DNA from: Octopus vulgaris
Lineage: Eukaryota
Assembly (NCBI GenBank): GCA_951406725.2
Contig: OX597815.1
Coordinates: 148,924,001-148,988,000, forward strand
DNA length: 64,000 nucleotides
Direction of reading: 5' to 3'
Shown here: in pieces, positions 1-9,915 of the stretch
How positions within the stretch are numbered: position 1 is the first letter of the stretch
Layout: each line of letters begins with the position of its first letter
Program-made: the position numbers and the translations under genes
Notes under the pieces: model-generated
Databases searched by the model: none
Seen by the model: only the letters and a program-made list of their open reading frames with translations
What the model was told of the DNA's origin: nothing

Positions 1-31
<31 letters not shown>

Positions 32-526
32 CAATCCCATTTAATATGGTCCTTTAAAATGTACATTAATGATTGAATTTATAAAACGCACGTCTCTTCC
101 CGTATAATCACCACTGTGCGTTGGTGATTTACTTAGTGCGTTGCATAATCATTACAAATGTAACACAAATTCTCTTTCATCTTACACTGTCAATTGTCCC
201 ATGATTTAGTTTTCTACTTCAACCTCAGCCATATGCCTTTCTATGAGCATTTGTTGTGCAAGTGTGCACTTTCTAGGCGATACAACGCATTTCTCAGTTA
301 TAAGTCTTGCAACGAAAAGCTATTCATCCATTAATTCAATACATGCAGCAGATTTTCTATACATTAGAGTAAAATTTAATGTTAGAATGGATGTTTTTAA
401 CCAATGATGCTGTCGATGCAACAATAATTTCTACTGAATCACAACTCTCTCCATTTTGAGTATTACATAAAATATTGTGTTTTATATATATTCTTTCTCT
501 CGCTAACACCTGCTTTTTTTTCTCAG

Positions 527-599
527 TCTATTAATGAGGGGACACACAGAGGGAGATAAGGATGGACGTTTATTAACCTGATTGGCAGGATGAAATATC
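527..599 (+). other. Candidate upstream exon (5'UTR plus start codon, M-K-Y-R) of the gene at 1090-4814
   Basis: Branch point CTAAC at 503-507, polypyrimidine tract and CAG acceptor at 524-526, donor C|GTAAGA at 600. ATG at 590 gives ATG AAA TAT C, whose phase 1 matches the next exon (GT CTT GCC). An in-frame TAA lies upstream of the ATG. Confidence 0.4.
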
Positions 600-1089
600 G
601 TAAGATTTGGTCACGAAGAGGAACACATATTTGTCGAGATTTTTATTTTAAAAATATTCGTTTCGTAAACAAAGAAAAACTATTGTTTCTACGATCGACA
701 AAATATCCATCGAGTTTGAAAATAATTGTTCTTGTATTAGTGTAACTTTAGCAGCAGCCAAACGTTCTTTAGCTGATGCTTTTATAGCCCTTTGTTCGTT
801 CTTTAAAAGCAATTAGCTTGGCTCAGCTGTCTGCTTTTCTTTCATGTCTGTCTGTCCTCTCGTCTGTGCTGCTACTGTTTTTCTAAGTAGCGAAGGTGCG
901 CTGAATTTGTAGTGATGGTTAGGCTCAGAAAGAAGCGCGTACCAAGAGATGAAATTAACTCAGTCTGTCTTGTATTTGTTTATCTTCTATTGAGTTGCAT
1001 TCCCCTTATTCCTATCCTCCGTTAGCTAATTGTCTACATTTGAAAATGAAAAATAACTCATTAACGCTTTACATAATATTTTCTTATAG

Positions 1090-1277
1090 GTCTTGCCAAG
1101 GCAAAGACTGGCTTGCAAACCGCAGGCATGATCATAGGCGAAGCAAGAGCAATGTGGTCCCGTAACACCGCAGAAGACATCGTAAAGACAAAACAGATTC
1201 CCTACCACTGCACCTTGGCTGCCAGTTATAGTAACCTTACATCTGAAGTAATCAGGGCAATGGACCAAGAGTTGCAA
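1090..1277 (+). CDS. Coding exon A of an uncharacterised ~270-aa protein ([62 protein letters not shown])
   Basis: Acceptor TTTCTTATAG ending at 1089, open frame from 1092, donor CAA|GTTAGT at 1278. Phase-0 end joins exon B in frame (MDQELQ|IMIAGT). Absent from the ORF track. Confidence 0.75.
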
Positions 1278-1335
1278 GTTAGTTGAAATGAATGTTATAC
1301 TTTTACGTCTAATTTTCTATATACATTTTATTCAT

Positions 1336-1520
<185 letters not shown>

Positions 1521-2298
1521 ACATACATACACGTATAAAATATATAGACAACCACATATACTTACACACACATATTTACATATATTCACAAACACCAATT
1601 TGGTTTCGGATAGAAAATTTTCATAAAGCCTAGCTATGTATATTATGAGTTATATAGGCCCTCAAAACGTGGCTGACCCATAAGGGACGATGCTACTCTT
1701 GTTTATATCCCTAGGAAGACATCTTCTTCAGCTGGCTAACGACACACTGTCTGTGTCCGATCAGTATTTTCAAATGGAAATCATTGTTCCCATCTCTAGC
1801 CTTACGTGATACACACTGATCCAGGTTTCTGGATGGTAACCCGCCATCAGCATGTGACAATCACCAGCAAGGGACGAGATCTGATTCCAAACGCAAGAAT
1901 ACTATATGCTTTCTCCAGTGACAAACCATCGCTGATCTCGAAAAAAAGATAAACAAGCAATAATGAATTTCTGAGGAAGATGTAAAACAGAAGCAGCACG
2001 ATATCGTGAAATATATTTGCCACCTCAATGTGGCTGACCCATAGAGACGATCAGAGATTTATTATTAAAATTGATGAAACCAAATATTTTGAAAATGAAA
2101 TACCTATACTTATGAAAATCTGTGTGTTTGTGTGTGTGAGAACGCGCGTGAGTGCCTAAGTGTTTCTGTGTGTAAATGTTTTACAATGGAAACGGTATGC
2201 ATCTGCAAGACACTACTTCCATTTAATAACTATTTAACAGTTCTAAAATAACATTTTGACTAACCACAGTATTAACTTATATTTCTGGTTTTTCTTAG

Positions 2299-2499
2299 AT
2301 CATGATCGCCGGAACCAACAAACTGATGAAAAAAATGAGAGATAATAACAAAGACGGAAACATCACATTCAATGAATATGTCGCCACAATGACACAAAAC
2401 CAATTCGTCACCTCAGATGATACCGAAGATGTTGTCCGCAGCAGCTCCAAAAGTTTTGGACAGTTCCGATTGGCCACAAATTCCATTGATCAAGAAATA
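2299..2499 (+). CDS. Coding exon B, containing the EF-hand-like loop DNNKDGNITFNE
   Basis: Acceptor TTTTTCTTAG ending at 2298, donor ATA|GTGAGT at 2500, 201 nt, phase 0-0, no stops. Overlaps ORF 2302-2574. Confidence 0.85.
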
Positions 2500-2953
2500 G
2501 TGAGTCACCTCTTTTTTTTCTTCTTAGGTTGTCTACGAAATATAAACTTATATCAATGTGTTACAACCAAATAATAATTATTACACCTGGTTCTATTGAA
2601 GTAAAAATATAAATTTAGTTTTGTGTGGATTTGTTCTTCTGTATTCTTTATGGCTAATGTCATGAACGTCTCAATCATTAAGTGGAATACAAGTTTCTTC
2701 ACATATCTATATTATAAATATGATAGCCAAAAGAAACAGGACGAGTAAACACAGAAAAACAACCCTTCATATGTTGTTGGCTGTCTATCTATTCATCATT
2801 TCGAACAGTGAACGACAATGTGTGTCCCCAAAGACACTTCCATAAATTCTAAAATAAAATTTAGGATTTATGGAGGGTCAATGTTGGGAACAGAAACACA
2901 CACATACATACACACAAACACACACACAAACACACAAACATACACACACACAA

Positions 2954-2995
<42 letters not shown>

Positions 2996-3280
2996 ATATA
3001 TATATAAGATTGATGAGGGAAACGGAAAATGTATTTGGGACAAATCGATATTCAACGCGATGATCGTCTTGGCCCATCCTGCAGCGTGTCCTTTTCGGGT
3101 AGGATATTGAGCATCTCGTTGTGTTGTATCAACCAATGCAATGTGTGTCACCTCAGGTGTTCGGTATAAAAGATATCCCACTACATATACTGAATTCCTG
3201 CGTGCATGTTATACTCACTCGTACTGTATGTAAACTAATTGACATATACCCAAAGTCCAAATAATAACTCATATATATAT

Positions 3281-3466
3281 GCTGGCACTCCGTCGCTTAC
3301 GATAAAGAGGATTGCTATTGATCCGATCAATAGAATAGCTTCTCGTGAGATTAATGTGCAAGTGGCTGATGACTCCAGACACGCGAACCCCTTCACATAC
3401 TTGTTAGGGAGATTCAGGGTGGCAGAAGGGGTAATAAGGCTGGTCTCTTGAAATACAGGTACTACT
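3281..3466 (-). mobile_element. SINE 3' half, same family as 13279-13642
   Basis: Reverse complement matches the CAGCCACTTGCAC(G/A)TTAAT...GATC...CGTAA.CGACGGAGTGCC tail of the 13.3-kb copy. Confidence 0.65.
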
Positions 3467-3470
3467 ATTC

Positions 3471-3596
3471 TTTCGGAGTCGATAAATTAAGCAGCAATTG
3501 CGTACTGAGGTCGATGTAATCGACTACCCCCGCCCGCCACCCCCCCCCCCAAAAAAAAAAACAATTCGGGTCTTGTGCCTAGTGTAGAAAAGAATA
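3471..3596 (+). mobile_element. SINE 3' tail (GTCGATAAATTAAG...CTTGTGCCTAG family)
   Basis: Related copies at about 28775-28870, 54303-54470 and 61008-61190 (-). Confidence 0.55.
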
Positions 3597-3933
3597 TATT
3601 GCCTAGTCAAAATTTTAGCAACAGAAATCACGTCTTATTCTCTGCTCCACTATATTTTATAAGGCATTGTTGAGTATACAAGGAGGCAAAGCTTCAGGAC
3701 TACTTAATAACAATATAATGTATAATTAGGGGCATATATAGTGTATAATTCAATGTAATTAGGGGTTGATGCCTAAAGCATATCCATTAGAAAATTTAGA
3801 AATTAATTAGCAATTTAATTTTCATCGTTTTAAATTTGTCTGTTAATTATGTCACTCGGAACGCCAAATCGAGTTAAGCACTGATAATGTGGTATATATT
3901 GTTGTCAATTCCGTTTCTCATTAATCCTCTAAG

Positions 3934-4155
3934 GTTGACGCTGTAGCTTTATGGTTTGCAAATGATCTCATCAAAGACGCCGATATTTTGGCTGCCACCA
4001 GAATTGATATCGTTGATTTTGCAAACATCGTTGGTCTCACCGGTGCAACTGTTGACAGTTTGGAATCACTTATCATTAAGAACGATTATGCGGAACGTAG
4101 TGTTGTCGATGTTGGAGTCATCCGATACCCTGATGCAGATCATCCTTACTTCAAG
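3934..4155 (+). CDS. Coding exon C (VDAVALWFANDLIKDADILAATRIDIVDFANIVGLTGATVDSLESLIIKNDYAERSVVDVGVIRYPDADHPYFK)
   Basis: Acceptor TCCTCTAAG ending at 3933, donor AAG|GTAAGT at 4156, 222 nt, phase 0-0. Overlaps ORF 3988-4197. Confidence 0.88.
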
Positions 4156-4613
4156 GTAAGTTTCATATCTTCATTATGTAGAATTCAACGAAAATAATAT
4201 TTTGTTTTCATGTAACAAACGCCAACTCTGTGGACCCGTTCTTTTGATCAACTTAATTCATGTTAAAATAATATATTTCATAAATAGTTAACTCGATGAT
4301 ATTTCTTGTTTTCAATCTTTAATAGTTGACAGCAAATTTCATAAGTATATTTACGATGATCTTCCAGAATAATGTTAGTTTGGACCCGTAGAGTTAGTTT
4401 GGACCCGTAAACATGTCCACTATATTCTATATACTTATTACTGATTACCTGTAAAAGTTAGTAAAACGAATTTATAAAGAAGAATCCATCTCTCTACACT
4501 GCTATTGACAATTCTAGAAATGATAAGAAGGCAATGGCAGTAACGGAATATCTTATAATAATACCACAGATTAGAAAACCAAACGTATAATTCCTATTTT
4601 TACTTTGCTTTAG

Positions 4614-4814
4614 CTCTTCCGTATCCAGTTGTTCGCCTACAGGAAAAGCAACCGTATATTATTTGTTCAAAAAGATGCCAGCGGAATCCGAGGATTGTAT
4701 CAATCAAAGGTCTTCAGACCCAATCCAACTATATTGGGTAAATTGAGAGCCGATGTTAGAGAAAGGGCTATGAAAGCTGCCCAAGATATGTTTGCACCTG
4801 AAAGTTTCTTTTAA
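4614..4814 (+). CDS. Terminal coding exon D (LFRIQLFAYRKSNRILFVQKDASGIRGLYQSKVFRPNPTILGKLRADVRERAMKAAQDMFAPESFF*)
   Basis: Acceptor TTTGCTTTAG ending at 4613, phase 0, stop TAA at 4812-4814, AATAAA about 40 nt downstream. Confidence 0.88.
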   Translation, partial: LFRIQLFAYRKSNRILFVQKDASGIRGLYQSKVFRPNPTILGKLRADVRERAMKAAQDMFAPESFF

Positions 4815-4852
4815 ATTATTGTGTAAACCCTTTATAGTAAGTCTTCTATTGG

Positions 4853-4858
4853 AATAAA
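4853..4858 (+). promoter_or_regulatory. Polyadenylation signal AATAAA
   Basis: Canonical hexamer just after the stop codon, followed by a GT/T-rich stretch (CATGTTTTGTTT at about 4886). Confidence 0.65.
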
Positions 4859-6479
4859 GTGATTATAAATTATTATTTCGAGTTCATGTTTTGTTTAATT
4901 TTTCGAATATATTAACAGGTCATCGTATTTCATTTCACTTGGTCAAGATTATTTTCAAGGTCTTCCCATGAACAATAGACTACCATATTTGATGCCATAA
5001 TAGATATATGAGCATATTTGATGCACCCCACTTTCAATAATATATATTCAAGGAAAAGGGGTTTAATTCGTTGAAGCATGTAATTTAGGCACAACGCCGT
5101 ATATCGGATCCGTTGTAATTTTGGGACATGGGCGAGGGTTATATACCACCAAATGTAGTAGTTAAATGTGTATAATGATTGTAAAAGGACAGCTATGAGA
5201 TACTTCCTGGATGAGAATTATACAGTTGCGTGGAATGAGCTTTACGAGAGGTATTTTATTCGATATATGAATTAAAAAGGGAGCCAAGTTACGGGTAACG
5301 TGAGAAATGCACTACATATTTACATGGCGAAGTACCAAGTTAAACTTTTCAAAAGTTATAATATAAAGAATGATATATGAGATGTGACAAAAATGTCATT
5401 GGCATTTCCGGGATGTCATATTTATTAAGGTCAGCGAAACATATTTTTGATTTTCGTATTTGAAAATTCGTCAACGCATTTTAGAATAAAGACATATTCA
5501 ATTACCAGCAAAACATTTCCGTCAACGTATAATTAAAAATAGAGATTTAAATATATTTTACAAGAGAAAATAGTATTTCGTTATCTGCTCGTAATGAGTC
5601 AGTTCAGTCGATAGGAGTGTTACAATCGTTGTACAATTTGTTGTTTTAAATATTTTTGTTGACCGCGTAAACTAAAATCTTTAGACGCTTAAAACTTCGC
5701 ATCAAACAATTTTCTCTACAAATTACATCTGATCAACGCACCTTCAATTTCTTTCCAATGCCATCCTTCCTCGCCAGTTCATGCGTCCACTAGAAAAGGA
5801 AAATATATTAATAACAACACCTGATATTGATCTGTTGTATAAGCGCTCCAAATAAATGCTACCGAAGTATATTTTATTTCTAAAAGCCTTTACAGATAGA
5901 CACTTAAAAAGAATAGTCTGGTTTAACATTAATACAATAATTCATAAGGCAGCCTTCCAGTGTCGTACTGTTTTCACTCAGAAAACACCTGCTGTGAACA
6001 TAGAGTAAGAAAAATACATTACATGTGCACTCCAAAAGAACAACATTTTCAGCACAGCAAAACAAGAACGCCATTTCAATAAGACTTGTGCAGGTATTCG
6101 GAGTGTGCAAGTTTCTCACATGACCCAAGTGAAGCAGGACTGGCCAACCTAATCAGAACCTTGGAGAAGAAGCATTCATCATACAAGTAGAAATCATTGC
6201 ACAGAATATCCCGCAAAATGCAGGATAACAGCGGCATTGGCAGGAAGAGTAGCCGCCCAGAACATTCGAACATTGAACCTTTGATATGCAGAAATAAAAG
6301 ATAGCTACTAAATACCTGATATATATGAGAGACAAGGATATCAATAACCCCGCCACGTTGTGACAAAATAAATCAGTTAAAAGAACTAGTGAGCGAGGTA
6401 GCAAATACTTCAACAGCTTCCCTAAAATCTCTACAATATACTCTTATACATGATATGGTTGCAAACTGTATGTGCAAGA

Positions 6480-7600
6480 GCAGAAAATGAATGAAATGAG
6501 AAATAATGAAAGCTTCAAACAATACAGAAAGTTTAGAAAAACCTTTATATTTCGGACACAAAGGCCTATCGTCAGGAGAATACAGTTAAAGAGATGTGTA
6601 TGAACATAGACCCTGCTATTTTCGATAGCCCGGTGATTGAGTGAGCAGCAGCGGCAACTTCCAAAATGTTGGTGTAGTTGGTTGCATAGAGGTCACGTTG
6701 AGTACGGAGGTGGCACATCTACTTCACCATCGAACACCGAAGCAGCGATGGTTCCCTCTGTTTGCTTAACTTTAAGCTAAACATCAGGACAAAGGGAAAG
6801 CTGACGGGATGCTCTTCCGAAAGGCAACCTACCGGGTCTTCTTAGTCCTTTACAAGTCCTCATTAGGGCTAATACTGGCTACATACGTAATGAGACTGCC
6901 CAGTTATACAAGAAATGCAATGACGACAGAAGCCAGGACACACAAGTTGAGCAGTTTCTTATAGTATTTGGTCCCAGCCTATACTCAACATCAGTTACAA
7001 ACTCCCTACGCGAACACAATCCAAATAATGGTGAGAATAATTTCTCGAAAAGCTGCTTCCTGAAGGTTCCCAACTTTAATGAGAAGACCACCATCATCAT
7101 CCATGAGGTCATATACTGGGAAAGTTTCAACATCCTAGTGACCTATATCGGACTGTCCCTACGTAAACACCTGTCAATGAGGTGGTCAGAGTCTGAACAT
7201 CTTCATGCATACTGGCAAATTACCCAATTCCCAAAACGAACATATGCCTACCAACATATGCCATACAACAGATACGGTCACAAATACTAGATTTATTACA
7301 TTGGGAGTATGGTCCGACCTCTCCAAGACCGACTGAAACAGAACACTATCAATGCGTCTTCATTCGGCAAACCCTTAAAAAATGTAGCAACAACACCGAA
7401 GAGATAAATGTCTACATATTGACCTGGGAGGAGATCGCAAGAAATCTCCGTATCAAAGAATCTTCACTGATGCACAAACGTAACCCCAAAATCAGTAGTC
7501 GATCAGAGCTTAGCCGATAGCTCTGGTAAATATGCCACCAAACACTCCCTATGTTACTGCGATCACGACCAGCATCCTGGAGAATTCACCTCGACAACTC
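6480..7600 (+). mobile_element. Degenerate Penelope-like retroelement: GIY-YIG endonuclease remnant with an inverted pseudo-LTR
   Basis: About 7294-7385 translates YYIGSMVRPLQDRLKQ and about 7438-7520 translates ARNLRIKESSLMHKRNPKISSR, resembling the GIY-YIG YIG/R motif and C-terminal E motif. A diverged inverted copy of the downstream UTR lies at about 6660-6730, and a hammerhead-like core CTGACGA...CCGAAA on - at about 6540-6577. Confidence 0.6.
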
Positions 7601-7719
7601 CTAAAAAGATATTCTATTTGTCCTAGGAGAGTGGAACGCAAAAATAGTCCCGGATGCATATGTCCAATTGGCTGCGACCATGGAACGATACGGGATCGGA
7701 GAAGCCAACGATCGTAAGA

Positions 7720-9830
7720 TGCAACTGTCTTAATCTACTTGGAAGCACAGGTTGGCCTTAACAAACAGTGTTCTCATTCAAGAACGTGCGCAGAACATGG
7801 CAAGCACTTAACGGAAAGGATCAAAACCAAATTGACTTCATCTTTTCACCTCACATGTTCAATTCCAGCATCGAAAAGATAGAACTAGAGCCTTCTTTGG
7901 TGTGGATGTCAACAGTGATCAGGATTTGGTCATGATGACACTCACACTCAAACTGAAAAAGACCCACGAGGAAAGAACAACACGCATTATGTTTGATGTT
8001 TATAAACTCAAAGATCTTCATGCTTCATTGAAGTTTGAGGTGATAATGGGTTGCAAGTTTGCTACCCTTAAACTTCTGGAAGATGATATAAACACCCTGG
8101 CCAACACTTCAGGAAATGTCTCGAAAAGTGCTAGGGAGATGAAGAAACAAATAATCATGGGTCACTGATGACATTTTCGATCGTGTGATTTCAGGGGTAT
8201 TTGAGGAAGACCAAGCTAGCGTGACAGGAGACCGGTCAGCAATACATAGGAGCGAATTGAACTGTTAGGATGAAAAAGATGGAAGTCAAATAAGGGTAAC
8301 CACAAGGTTGGTTATGAAACTCTTAATATCCTGACGGAAAGAAAAACGTATACCACAAATATCACTTCGGGCAAAACATGATACCAACAGCCAAGAAAAT
8401 TCCAAAAATAATAACATCAGTAACAGAGAACTTAGAGATACTCCAATTCTCCAGAATTAGGTCCAAGAGGCAGTGCGCATGCTCAAATTTAGGAAACCTC
8501 CTATCAGAGCTTCTGAAACAAGTCACTAACAGTTACATATCAGAAGATATGCGAGATGAAGCAGTGGCCAAAGGAGTGGACCCAATCACTGAAGATACCA
8601 GTTCCTAAGGAATGAAACTTAAACACCTGTTAGAATAATAGAACACTCAGCCTAATCAGCCTACCAATCAAGCAGATTTAAGTGGAAGGCAGAAGAAATT
8701 CTTGCAGATGTACGGGTAGTATGTAGGTACCAATGGATTATGTGAAGCAGATATTTAACATTAGACTCCTCAGTGAGGAAAATCGGCAAAACCAGTTTGA
8801 TCTCTGTCACAAATTCATCGACTTCAAAAACACTTTTGACCGTGGTTGGCACAATGGTTTATGGAAGTTGACTATGGCTCCACCGTAGTAATCCCAGAAT
8901 TGCATGAAAACTTTAATGCAGATCAACAGCATCAGATATTTCTTGCAGACAACAGTGGGTGTTCGACAAGGATGTCTCTTGTCTTCAGTGCTTTTCAACA
9001 TCTTATTTGGAAAAAAAATGCAGTGGACACATACACACCTCAGCCCCTCTGTCTCCTTAAGAGCACAGAGCATCTTCAACCTACACTTTACTGATACGTT
9101 TGACCTGTTAGGAAGCAGTGAAGGAGAAACACATGATCTCACCACCAGACTGGGAAAATATCAGAGCCATACTGGGAATGGAGATCAACCCAGGAAAGAG
9201 CAATGTACTAATTAATAGTAACAAACAAAAACAGTAACTAGCATCATGCTAAACAGAGAGACAGTTGATAAAATGAACACATTCAAATACCTAGGATCTA
9301 CTTTGACCAAGAACGACTGATCTCAAAATGCCATAATAACAAAACTCAATTTAGTCTCTGCTGATATGACAATGCTAACCAAAATATTGAAAAGCAATAC
9401 CATTACTTTTCCAACAAATCTCGTGTGCACAAGTACCTCGTGATTTTGAGACTTCTGAATGTAAGAGCTCCCCTCTTCCAGATAACATGCTTCAAATGCC
9501 TGTTACAAATCCGCACATGAACAGAAAACGAACAGGCTTTGTCAACAAATACAGACAAGCAAAATTCCTTGTGCTGGTAGAAAGACGGAAGATTACCTGC
9601 TACACTCATGTATCCCACCAGATTTCCCTGACCAAAATCATTTTTTCAGAGCACAGTTTGAAGAAGGGCAAAAGAGAAGCGGACAGAAAAAAATCTTGGC
9701 TTGACAATGTCAATGGCGTGACAGAAAACACACACAGACCAGGGACGATAGCTGACTATGAAGGCGTCTAGTATGTTGCCCGAACGACTGTCTGCATTAG
9801 TTAAGGGATCTTACTAAAGATGTTGATGTT
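7720..9830 (+). mobile_element. Degraded RTE-like LINE (APE C-terminus plus reverse transcriptase)
   Basis: Frame-broken motifs TWQALNGKDQNQIDFI, DVNSDQDLV (SDH-like), TTVGVRQGCLLSSVLFNI, LHFTDTFDLL (FADD-like), FKYLGS and KKSWLDNV. Confidence 0.8.
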
Positions 9831-9915
9831 ATGCATACATACATGCAAACACACACACACGCGCACACGGACACATACACGCGCACACAGATATATATAT
9901 ATATATATATACTTA

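Noticed and set aside
915-1020. Alternative first exon MVRLRKKRVPRDEINSVCLVFVYLLLSCIPLIPIL with a hydrophobic stretch
   Set aside because: It is phase-compatible with exon A but needs a weak donor (C|GTTAGC) and a 69-nt intron. The hydrophobicity may just reflect T-rich sequence. Not supportable without transcripts.
2302-2574. Calling the gene calmodulin-like from ORF 2302-2574
   Set aside because: Only one EF-hand loop is present. The ORF tail is intron read-through past the donor at 2500, and the other exons are unrelated to calmodulin.
4374-4409. Tandem GTTAGTTTGGACCCGTA duplication and other short repeats as CRISPR-like arrays
   Set aside because: Only two adjacent copies with no spacers, in a eukaryotic intron with no cas genes.
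5900-6470. Possible very old LINE 3' remnant (also near 46400-47000)
   Set aside because: A-rich strand bias is suggestive, but no diagnostic motif could be read confidently.
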